64,000 nt of DNA, taken from contig JACQZY010000001.1 of the NCBI GenBank assembly GCA_016213645.1, forward strand, positions 15,050-79,049, given 5' to 3'. Source of the stretch: Actinomycetota bacterium. Lineage in GTDB: Bacteria > Actinomycetota > Thermoleophilia > Solirubrobacterales > JACPNS01. This document shows, in pieces, positions 54,432-64,000 of the stretch. Under the pieces are notes generated by a model, which ran no database searches, was not told the origin of the DNA, and saw only the letters and a program-made list of their open reading frames with translations. The position numbers and the translations under genes are program-made. How positions within the stretch are numbered: position 1 is the stretch's first letter; each line of letters opens with the position of its first letter.

Positions 54432-55133
54432 CTAGAACCGGTTCATCCCGACCACGATCTCGTTTGCGCCGCCGATCGAACGCCAAGGCCGAAACGTCAT
54501 CTGACCGACGGCAATACTCCGCCATCGAAGCGACCAGCGATGTCGCCGCCGAACGGCGCCAAGCCAGTCAAAACCAAGATCGTCGTCACGCAGTCGCGCG
54601 TCGAGGTAGTCGTTGTACCCGGCCGGCATCGTGACCACAAGCCGCCCGCCCGGCGCAACAAGCGAGCGCATATTTTCTAGCGCGTCGGTGAGCTTCTCCG
54701 GGGACCTCGGTTGTTCATCCCAGCCGACGTGTTCAACGGTCGAAATGGCGACGACCAGATCAAACTTATTTCCCGGCGAGTAATCAACAATGTCCTCGTT
54801 GATGACGCCCGGAGCCGACTCGTATTTGTCAACCACGACATGGTTGAAATCCCCGTAATACGCAAGCACGTTGCCGACTTCAAGAATGCGTGCGTTGCGC
54901 GCCTCAGCGTCTCGAACTTCACGCTCGACGATCGGCACCTCCACGGCTCTTTCGGTCAGCCACGTTGTGTTGTACGGATCCACCAGATATCTGTAACGAT
55001 GTCCGTCGAAATCGAAACCGCGAAAGCGGCTCGTCGCGCGGCGCCATCGCTCGTAAATCCGAAAACTGATTCTCACCGGGGCCCGAAAGATCGCTTGACT
55101 GATCGGCTCTTTTTCGCGCAAGGCAATTCCCAT
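54432..55133 (-). CDS. class I SAM-dependent methyltransferase
   Basis: ILEVGNVLAYYG...FDLVVAISTVEHVG. Confidence 0.7.
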   Translation of the reverse strand: MGIALREKEPISQAIFRAPVRISFRIYERWRRATSRFRGFDFDGHRYRYLVDPYNTTWLTERAVEVPIVEREVRDAEARNARILEVGNVLAYYGDFNHVVVDKYESAPGVINEDIVDYSPGNKFDLVVAISTVEHVGWDEQPRSPEKLTDALENMRSLVAPGGRLVVTMPAGYNDYLDARLRDDDLGFDWLGAVRRRHRWSLRWRSIAVGQMTFRPWRSIGGANEIVVGMNRF

Positions 55134-55196
55134 GGAACGTCAGAGTAGAACCGTCGGCGATAACTAGGGTTCGGCGGCGTCATTGACTCGCAAGTA

Positions 55197-55940
55197 ATGT
55201 TCGCCGACCGTCAAGGTACCGTTCACGCCGTGGACGGAACAAGCGACGCCTACGAGCCTCGGCTCGCGGGCGAACTGGGCAGCCTGCTCGACGGCTCGCT
55301 CGACATAGAAGATTTCATCGCGGCGATTGTGCACGAATCGAACCAGCCGCTAGTGGCGATCCAGATGCTGGTCGGCGCGCTTCGCGACGCGGGTGATTCC
55401 ATGCCGGCGGAGGAACGCGCACGATTGCTTGATGGAATCGGCGACCAGGCGCGGTTCTTATGCGACCTCTCGAACTGGATGCTGCAGCCGTTCGCGCGCG
55501 AAGTGGTCGTGTTCGACGAACTGGTCGAGCGCGAGGTCGATCGCTGCCGACTGATCGCGACCGATCACGTGCTTGTCGTTTCGCCGGCCACCGACGGCCT
55601 GATCGTCAACTGCGAGCGCCCGAGGGTGGAGGCGTCGCTGCGGAACCTGATCTGCAACGCGGTACGCAACTCTCCGGCCGGAAGCACGATCACGATCACA
55701 ACTTCACGCCACGGCGACAGCGCGGTTGTCAACGTTCGCGACGAAGGTTCAGGCATCCCCGAGGCCGAGTGGGAGCGGATCTTCGAGCCGAACGTACGAC
55801 TTGATCCCGAGTCCGAAGGCGCCGGTCTTGGACTTGCGATCGTACGCAGCTGTGCGGATCGCCACGGCGGCACGGTGCATGTTGACGCAAGCACACCGGC
55901 GGGCACGACGATGGAGTTCGCGATCCCCGTGATGGCCTGA
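55197..55940 (+). CDS. soluble histidine kinase lacking a recognisable sensor domain
   Basis: H-box IVHESNQPL, N-box NLICNAVRNSP, G1 VRDEGSGIP, G2 GAGLGLAIV. Only about 45 aa precede the HisKA domain, and there are no TM segments. Confidence 0.8.
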   Translation: MFADRQGTVHAVDGTSDAYEPRLAGELGSLLDGSLDIEDFIAAIVHESNQPLVAIQMLVGALRDAGDSMPAEERARLLDGIGDQARFLCDLSNWMLQPFAREVVVFDELVEREVDRCRLIATDHVLVVSPATDGLIVNCERPRVEASLRNLICNAVRNSPAGSTITITTSRHGDSAVVNVRDEGSGIPEAEWERIFEPNVRLDPESEGAGLGLAIVRSCADRHGGTVHVDASTPAGTTMEFAIPVMA

Positions 55941-55977
55941 TCGCACCGCCGCGGCCGCGTCACATAAGATTCACACT

Positions 55978-56655
55978 GTGACGAACACCACACATCTCCT
56001 GCGCGCCCTGCCGCTGTTTGAAGACCTCAACGACCGCGAGCTGAAAGAGCTGGCCACGGTGGCCGTGCCACGCACATTCGATCGCGGCGAGGTGATCTTT
56101 CAGGAAGGCACACAAGGCGACGTGATGTACGTGATCCAGGACGGCCGCGTGCTGATCAAACGCGAACACGCCGGTGGACGCACGATCGCGCTGACGGAAA
56201 TGGGCGCCGGCGACATTTTCGGCGAACTCGCCGTGTTCGACAAAGAGGTGCGCTCGGCCACGGTGGAGTGCGTGGCGCCGACGAAGGTGGTGGCGCTGAC
56301 GGCCGGCGACGTGCAGCGCGTGCTCAAGCGCAACCCGGAGATCGCGATGAAGGTGATCGTCTCGCTCAGCCGCCGCGTGCGCGAGGCGAACTCGCGCATC
56401 GGCGACCAGTACTTCCAGTCCACTGAGGGGCGCATCGTGAACGTGGTGCTCGGCCTGGCGGAACAGCAGAACGGCCACGTCGCGCAGGGCAGCTTTGTGC
56501 GCGCCAACCAGTCAGAGATCGCCCAGCTCGCAAGTACCTCGCGCGAAACGGTCAGCCGCTTCCTGGCCGGCTGCCAGCGCTCGGATCTGCTGACCACGTT
56601 CCGTGGTAGATTGCAGATCCGCGATCCCGAGGGCTTGCGCCGGATGGTCGTATAG
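55978..56655 (+). CDS. Crp/Fnr-family transcriptional regulator
   Basis: cNMP-binding FGELAVFD...RSATV. HTH QSEIAQLASTSRETVSRFL. Confidence 0.9.
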   Translation: MTNTTHLLRALPLFEDLNDRELKELATVAVPRTFDRGEVIFQEGTQGDVMYVIQDGRVLIKREHAGGRTIALTEMGAGDIFGELAVFDKEVRSATVECVAPTKVVALTAGDVQRVLKRNPEIAMKVIVSLSRRVREANSRIGDQYFQSTEGRIVNVVLGLAEQQNGHVAQGSFVRANQSEIAQLASTSRETVSRFLAGCQRSDLLTTFRGRLQIRDPEGLRRMVV

Positions 56656-56679
56656 CGGGAAAGCGTTCCTCTTCATCAC

Positions 56680-57078
56680 ATGTACGTACTCAACTTCTAC
56701 TCGCCGCTTTTTGCCGACCAACTCCGGCGTGGCCGCAAACAGGCCACGATCCGCTTGGGCGACAAGAGCCACAAGTACAAGAAGGGGCATCTGGTGCTCG
56801 TCACGCTCGGCGCCGAACATTCTCCACGCGAACGGATCTTTCAGGCAGTGATCGATTCGGTCGACGTGAAGAAGCTCAGCGACCTCTCGCCGCGCGAAAT
56901 CGAACTTGACAACCCAGAATTCCGCCGCCTGGACGAACAAAAACGCTTTCTCGAGCAGATCTACGCGCGCGACATCTCCGACGACGACCTCGTCACCGTC
57001 GTGCGCTTCAGTCAGATCATCGAGCACCCCACCGGCCTCGCAGAGCGTATGCGCGGCGACGCCGGGCATCAGAACTAG
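56680..57078 (+). CDS. ASCH-domain-like small protein
   Basis: FADQLRRGRKQATIRLGD...GHLVLV resembles the ASCH beta-barrel N-terminus. This is a weak call. Confidence 0.45.
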   Translation: MYVLNFYSPLFADQLRRGRKQATIRLGDKSHKYKKGHLVLVTLGAEHSPRERIFQAVIDSVDVKKLSDLSPREIELDNPEFRRLDEQKRFLEQIYARDISDDDLVTVVRFSQIIEHPTGLAERMRGDAGHQN

Positions 57079-57185
57079 CCCGCGATCCGCGCAAGGACCC
57101 GGGCAAATCCGCCCAAGCACCCGCGCAGGCATCTGTGTTGCGGGACGCCGATACGCCCGGCCGCGCTATTATTCGCCGCAACACC

Positions 57186-57212
57186 TTGGCACTCGCCGCT
57201 CGCGAGTGCCAG
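57186..57212 (+). promoter_or_regulatory. CIRCE (HrcA operator) upstream of groES
   Basis: TTGGCACTC-N9-GAGTGCCAG against the consensus TTAGCACTC-N9-GAGTGCTAA. It lies 100 nt upstream of the groES ATG. Confidence 0.85.
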
Positions 57213-57312
57213 AAATCCCCAATAAACCCCTTTAAATAGACGTTTTCGCCGGTCTCGGCCACCGCACACACGGGTAAGTCCGTCGGCGAGCGATCTTGGA
57301 GGTCAGACAGAT

Positions 57313-57603
57313 ATGAATCTCAAGCCACTGGGCGATCGACTGATCGTCAAGGCAGTTGAGGAAGAAGAGACCACGGCCAGCGGCATCGTGCTGCCCGACA
57401 CGGCCAAGGAGAAGCCGCAGCGCGGCAAGGTCGTCGCCGTCGGCGACGGTTCGTGGGACGAGGACGGCGAGAAGCGCATTCCGCTCGACGTCAGCGAGGG
57501 CGACGAGGTCCTCTACAGCAAGTACGGCGGCACCGAGGTCACGGTCGAAGGCCAGGACCTGCTGGTCCTGCGCGAGAGCGACGTGCTGGCCAAAGTCGTC
57601 TAA
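57313..57603 (+). CDS. groES: co-chaperonin GroES
   Basis: [44 protein letters not shown]. Confidence 0.97.
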   Translation: MNLKPLGDRLIVKAVEEEETTASGIVLPDTAKEKPQRGKVVAVGDGSWDEDGEKRIPLDVSEGDEVLYSKYGGTEVTVEGQDLLVLRESDVLAKVV

Positions 57604-57628
57604 GGCATCCCCCAACGTCAAGAGCTAG

Positions 57629-59269
<1,641 letters not shown>

Positions 59270-59310
59270 GCCGAATTGGCCGCATCGGTCCGCACGTCGG
59301 ATCAGATTGG

Positions 59311-59338
59311 AAAAGCCCGGCCCGCGCGCCGGGCTTTT
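59311..59338. terminator. bidirectional intrinsic terminator between groEL and the convergent GGDEF-type gene
   Basis: AAAA-GCCCGGC-ccgcgc-GCCGGGC-TTTT. Confidence 0.8.
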
Positions 59339-59427
59339 CCATGCCTGAATACCCGGATGAGGACGTCGGCCCGCGAGGCGCAATCCGGCCATGGCCACGA
59401 TGCGGCCGTGCGCCGGACGGCTAGCAG

Positions 59428-61812
59428 TTAAAGCAGCGTCGCCCCGTGCCGCGTGGCCAAGTCGCCGCGCGAAGGCTTGTTCTTGACGAGCATTCCTTCC
59501 GCGGTGTCGACCAGTTCCTCCGCGGTCATCCCAGGGCGCCAGACGGCGTGTCCGACGCTGACGGTGATCGGTTTGCGTAGCCGTATTCCGGACTTCGGGT
59601 AGTAACGGATCGTTTCGTCGATGCGGCCGGCGAGCGCCCGCGACGCGTCGGCGCGGTCGGCGTTCATCAGCACGGCGAACTCGTCGCAGCCGATCCGGTA
59701 GATCGTGCCCAACCGGGACGTGAGTACGCCGAGCCGCTGCGCCGTCTCACGCAGCACTGCATCGCCGCCGAGATGACCGGCGGAAACGTTTACGTCTTTG
59801 AAGTCATTCACGTCCACCAGCACCAGCGCCGGCTGGGACCCCCGCCCGTCGGTACCCACCGCGCGGATCACCGCCTCCGTCAAATCGCGCCGGAAGGCGT
59901 GTATGTTCGGAGCACCGGTTGTGGCGTCGTGGGTCGCGGCATCACGGATTTGCCGGATCGCGTTGTCCAGCGCACTGCGGTTGGACTGAAGAATCAGCGT
60001 GATCACGACCGTCGCCGTGACGACAGTCGCAAACAACGTCTGTCCCGTGGGGCTGACCACCGGATCGGCCAGACCCAGGGGCCCACTGGTCCAAAACCCA
60101 AGCGCATACGCCCCGACTACAGTCGCCACGCGCCAGATCGCTTTCACACCACGCTGGATCTGCGCGTAAAACGCGACGGGCAAAAAGATGGCAAACTGCA
60201 CAGGGCTCTGCCACCCGCCGGTGATCCAGATCGTCGGCAGCACGATCAACATCGTCGCGACGTCCGATACGCGCAGAGCGAGCCGAGGAAAACCGGCGAC
60301 CCGGCCGGCTTCCGCAAACCCGGCGACCGCCAGGCTGACCAGCGCCAGCGCCGGCAACCCCTGCTCGCTGGATGCATCCATGCCGGGGATCATGAGCCAC
60401 GCGAAATAGACGGCCGACATCACCAGCCAGCGAATTGCCGCGAGACCGGCGCGCCGGCGCATTTCGCTTGATCGCGAAACAGCGCCGTCACGCTCAACGG
60501 GGCGTAGCATTCGCTCGGCTCCGGCCCGCGCCGACACGTCCACTTCAAATGGCGGCTTCACCTCCACGCGCTTGCGAACGAGCAGTTCTCGGTCGGCCGC
60601 TTCGATCAGCTCAGCCGGCGTCGATCCGTCAAGCGGAAACGTGGCCGCGCCAAACTCAGCCGAGAGACGTGGCAATCGCCCTTTCACCCACCCGTTGTGC
60701 GCTGACAGATCCCGCTCGAAACGATCCCGCCACTCCTGAGTGGCCGTCTCGTCGCCCGGAAGTAGCACCACGAATTCATCGCCACGCACCCGCGCCACCT
60801 GCGTTTCGTCGTCCGACGCCCGCATCAATAACGCGGCAAACCTGCGAAGCATGTCGTCTCCCACGTCATAGCCAAACGCGGCATTGGCGCCTTTCAGGCC
60901 GTCGACGTCGGCCACTAGGAGCGTCAGCGGTGGGCGTTGCTCACGTAGCGCGGTTTCCAGGATCAGTTCAAACGAGCGCAGATTGGCGACTCCGGTCAAC
61001 GGATCCGCCAGCGCCAGGTACCTGACCGCCTGGTTCGCGGAGCGAATCGAACGCCGGTCGGCGACCAGCGTCAGCGTCAGCGTCCAAATAACGGCCAGTA
61101 GAAGCGCAAACACCACTGGCGTATCGCCTTTCAGTGTCGTGGGGTCGTACACCACGGGCGCAAGCACCAGCGCAGTCGTCACCACGGCGTTCACATAGGC
61201 ACGGCGACGCTCGAAGAACTGGACTGCGTAGAAGATCGCGAACAGCCACCAGACCGCGTAAGGACTCTCCGCGCCGCCCGTTGCGTGGCACATATACGCG
61301 ATCAGCACATACGCTTCGGCCACCATGAACTGATCGACCATCTTGAAGGCCTTCGGCCGTAATAGCGGATAGGTGATCGCAGTAATCACGATCGAGACCG
61401 CCATCCAGACAGTCGTCGTGATCGCGGCATCATGAGCCATCTTGATACCGATCGGGCCCCACTGGTTGATCGAATTCACGATCAGCGCTGAAGCCCAGAG
61501 CGCGAGCGCGGTATTCGTTCGCATCCGAATCTCGAGGTCGGGTTCCAGCATCTTGATCAGAGGGCCGCGGCCGCTTTGGTCCGCGGAACTGCCTGGATTC
61601 TCGTCTTCGGCGTCTTCGAGACCCAGGTGAGAATTGGGCTCCGACCAGCCGTGGTTGATTTCCAAGGCGGTGATCACGCTGTTTTGCAGCGCCCAGTTTC
61701 GGTATGGAAGCAGCTTTGGATCGGTGCCGCCACCGGCATCGTCGGCGCGAGCGCGCGGCAGCGCCTGCCCGGAATCGGCGCCTGATTCGCCCCTCGAACC
61801 TGCAGAGTTCAT
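59428..61812 (-). CDS. internally duplicated membrane protein: [5-6 TM module + degenerate GGDEF domain] x2
   Basis: Domain 1: DPLTGVANLRSFE...ARVRGDEFVVLL. Domain 2: DATTGAPNIHAFR...YRIGCDEFAVLM. Both TM modules share TGG(A/W)(E/Q)SP. The start is uncertain. Confidence 0.8.
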   Translation of the reverse strand: MNSAGSRGESGADSGQALPRARADDAGGGTDPKLLPYRNWALQNSVITALEINHGWSEPNSHLGLEDAEDENPGSSADQSGRGPLIKMLEPDLEIRMRTNTALALWASALIVNSINQWGPIGIKMAHDAAITTTVWMAVSIVITAITYPLLRPKAFKMVDQFMVAEAYVLIAYMCHATGGAESPYAVWWLFAIFYAVQFFERRRAYVNAVVTTALVLAPVVYDPTTLKGDTPVVFALLLAVIWTLTLTLVADRRSIRSANQAVRYLALADPLTGVANLRSFELILETALREQRPPLTLLVADVDGLKGANAAFGYDVGDDMLRRFAALLMRASDDETQVARVRGDEFVVLLPGDETATQEWRDRFERDLSAHNGWVKGRLPRLSAEFGAATFPLDGSTPAELIEAADRELLVRKRVEVKPPFEVDVSARAGAERMLRPVERDGAVSRSSEMRRRAGLAAIRWLVMSAVYFAWLMIPGMDASSEQGLPALALVSLAVAGFAEAGRVAGFPRLALRVSDVATMLIVLPTIWITGGWQSPVQFAIFLPVAFYAQIQRGVKAIWRVATVVGAYALGFWTSGPLGLADPVVSPTGQTLFATVVTATVVITLILQSNRSALDNAIRQIRDAATHDATTGAPNIHAFRRDLTEAVIRAVGTDGRGSQPALVLVDVNDFKDVNVSAGHLGGDAVLRETAQRLGVLTSRLGTIYRIGCDEFAVLMNADRADASRALAGRIDETIRYYPKSGIRLRKPITVSVGHAVWRPGMTAEELVDTAEGMLVKNKPSRGDLATRHGATLL

Positions 61813-61918
61813 CTTTAGCTAATACCCTCCCGAATTCAGGGTAGTTATCGGATCGCCCGGATGCTTTGCGGTGCGGACGAATGAGCTATGCGGAGCGCCG
61901 ACGGCGTAGAACGCCGCG

Positions 61919-64000
61919 TCAGAGCAGGGTTTTGCCCTCGCCGTAAGCCGGATAAGTCGGTCGTTCGCGCTCTTTGCGCTCGCTGAGGTCGCGCTCCGCC
62001 GCCTGCACCAGTTGTTCGGCGGACATCCCCGGACGCCACACGGCCTGACCAACGCTGACCGTCACCGGCACCTCGAGCTCCGATCGCTTCGGAAGTTCAA
62101 TGCGCAGCGATTCGCGAATCGTCTTTGCCAGCGATTCGGCATGGCCCAGGTCATCGGCCTGGTGAACAAGCACGAATTCGTCCGATCCGATGCGAAATAC
62201 AGTCCCATGGCTCTCCGTCAACCGAATCAGCTGCCGCGCGAGTTCGCGCAACGCGGCGTCCCCGCCGAGGTGGCCGGCGAAGGAGTTGATCCTGCGCAGG
62301 TCGTCGATGTCGGCGACCGTGAGCGCCGGGCGTGGCCAGCTATCCGCGCTGTCTCGCGCGGCTGCGAGATCCTCCGCCAATCGGCGTCGAAACGCCGGAA
62401 GGTTGTTCACCCCGGTCAACGGGTCGCGCACGGCGGCGTCGCGAATCGTCGCCACGGCCGCGTCAGTCTGCCGGCGATTTACGTTGAGCATCAGCGCGAT
62501 CACGAAAAGCGCGGTCAGAATCGTCGCGAAAAGCGTGTGACCCGCGCGATCGACATGTGCGTCCGCGAAGCCGAGTGGTCCGCTGGTCCAGTAGGCAAAG
62601 CCGTACAGGCCGATCACGGCGGCGACCCGCTTGACAGCTTGAACACCTTCAAGAAACTGCGCATAAAAGGCGACCGGAAAGAAAATCGCCAGTTGCAGCG
62701 GGCTTTGCCAGCCGCCCGAGACCATCATCAGCGGTGCGATCACGGCAATCGTCCCCAGGTCCGAAATCCGATATGCACGGTCCGATGGACTGTCTGCGCG
62801 GATCGCCATGCTCACCAGGGCCATCGCCAACGCGTACACGCCCAGCAGGGCGACTCCGGCGCTGCTCGACACGACGTCGTTCGGCACGACCGAGAGTGAA
62901 AACAAAAACCCCGCGGCAATCAACCAGCGAGTAGCTGCATGAAATGACGTGCTGCCAAGCATCTCGGGCAGCGAAGGCATGGGTGGTGGCTCCGGCTCAC
63001 GCATCATGCGCTCGGCGTCGACACCGGTAGTGACGTCCACTTCGTACGGCGGTAAAACGGTCGAGGACTTTTGATCGAACATCCGCCTGTCGGCCTTCTC
63101 GATCAATTCGGTCGAGGTGATCCCGTCATGCGGAAAGACCGCGGTGCCGACCGCGACCGAAATGCGCGGCCGCCGGTTGCGTACCCAGCCGTTGTGGGTA
63201 TCGACGATGATTTCGAATCGCCGCCGCCACGACTCCACTTCCGCGGCACCGGCGCCGGGAAGAATCACGGCGAACTCGTCGCCGCGAACGCGAGCCACCT
63301 GATCCTGCGGACCGGACGCATGACACAGCAGAGCGGCGAGCCGGCACAACATGTCGTCGCCTTCGCCATATCCGTACACGACATTTGCGCCGTTGAGGCC
63401 GTTCATGTCGGCCATCACCACACCAAAGGGCGAGCGCGCGTCACCGAGGGCTCGATCGAGCGACCGTTCGAAGAGGCGCAGGTTGGCAACGCCGGTGAGC
63501 GGATCGGAAAGCGCCAGGTAGCGGACCGCGCGCTCCGCGCCTCTGCTGGTTTCGCGGCGGGCCACCAGAGTGAGCGCGAGCATCCAGGTGACGGCGAGCA
63601 GCAGAACCATCACGATCGGGGTTGCCCCATCGGCGATTGCGGGGTCGTAAACGGCCGGGGCCAACATAAGTAGCGAGATGACGGCGACGTTCGCGAACGC
63701 GCGGCGCTGGGGGAAGAAGTAAGCGGCATAGAAGGTTGAGAACATCCACCAGACCGCGTACGGGCTCAGCGCCCCACCGGTTTCGTGACATTTGAAGACG
63801 ATGACCGCGAACCCGCTCGCAAGCATCAGCTGCTCGATCATCGCGAACGGCCGCGGTCGCAGCCGCGGGTAGGCGACCGCGGTAAACACAAGAGCAAACA
63901 GCGCCCATGTCAGCGTGAATTTGTACGAGTCCGACGGCATCACCACGCCGATCGAACCGAACTGATTTGCGGCGCCCGTCAACAATGCGGCGCCCCAGAT
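61919..64000 (-). CDS. paralog of 59428-61812 with the same 2x(TM + degenerate GGDEF) architecture; its 5' end lies beyond the window
   Basis: ARVRGDEFAVIL and FRIGSDEFVLVH. The frame stays open past 63985 to the window edge (IWGAALLTGAANQ aligns with LWASALIVNSINQ of the paralog). Confidence 0.8.
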   Translation of the reverse strand: MWGAALLTGAANQFGSIGVVMPSDSYKFTLTWALFALVFTAVAYPRLRPRPFAMIEQLMLASGFAVIVFKCHETGGALSPYAVWWMFSTFYAAYFFPQRRAFANVAVISLLMLAPAVYDPAIADGATPIVMVLLLAVTWMLALTLVARRETSRGAERAVRYLALSDPLTGVANLRLFERSLDRALGDARSPFGVVMADMNGLNGANVVYGYGEGDDMLCRLAALLCHASGPQDQVARVRGDEFAVILPGAGAAEVESWRRRFEIIVDTHNGWVRNRRPRISVAVGTAVFPHDGITSTELIEKADRRMFDQKSSTVLPPYEVDVTTGVDAERMMREPEPPPMPSLPEMLGSTSFHAATRWLIAAGFLFSLSVVPNDVVSSSAGVALLGVYALAMALVSMAIRADSPSDRAYRISDLGTIAVIAPLMMVSGGWQSPLQLAIFFPVAFYAQFLEGVQAVKRVAAVIGLYGFAYWTSGPLGFADAHVDRAGHTLFATILTALFVIALMLNVNRRQTDAAVATIRDAAVRDPLTGVNNLPAFRRRLAEDLAAARDSADSWPRPALTVADIDDLRRINSFAGHLGGDAALRELARQLIRLTESHGTVFRIGSDEFVLVHQADDLGHAESLAKTIRESLRIELPKRSELEVPVTVSVGQAVWRPGMSAEQLVQAAERDLSERKERERPTYPAYGEGKTLL

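Overview
This is a 64-kb, very GC-rich chromosomal segment. Gene content and synteny (topA with a Lys-rich tail, then tmk and holB; class II nrdJ; CIRCE-groES-groEL) look Actinomycetota-like, but that is an inference. Layout, left to right. (1) 1-2.0 kb: a partial gene and a secreted beta-helix protein. (2) 2.1-8.5 kb: an accessory patch abutting tRNA-Thr(CGU), with an NTase+wHTH overlapped pair, a class II Fic, a Pif1/RecD-like helicase and an AAA/DUF4143 ATPase, plus AT-rich intergenic patches. (3) 10.1-12.9 kb: a copper-type operon behind a CsoR-like operator, holding a NirK-type protein with a membrane anchor and a Met/His/Asp tail. (4) A small NTase pair, a bicupin and a NUDIX hydrolase. 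(5) holB-tmk-topA, with a 575-bp topA-tmk spacer built almost entirely from short tandem repeats and palindromes. (6) An epimerase, a polytopic membrane protein and nrdJ. (7) 27.5-55.1 kb: a very large glycan/cell-wall polysaccharide cluster. It holds dTDP-rhamnose and GDP-fucose genes, about ten glycosyltransferase domains, two MurJ-like flippases, a GacI/GacJ-like pair, a GtrB-like GT2 with a GT-C-like membrane protein, methyltransferases and a deacetylase. (8) A sensorless histidine kinase, a Crp regulator, an ASCH-like protein and groESL. (9) Two tandem paralogous genes, each an internal duplication of [polytopic membrane module + degenerate GGDEF domain]. I saw no CRISPR array, rRNA, transposase or integrase. 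The most unusual items are the tandem 2x(TM-GGDEF*) paralogs, the anchored NirK operon behind the CsoR-type operator, and the repeat-filled intergenic regions at 17.5-18.0 kb and 32.6-32.85 kb, which share a GCAGGCAC / ATCT(A/G)CGCAG core. All functional calls rest on motif recognition by eye; no database search was possible.
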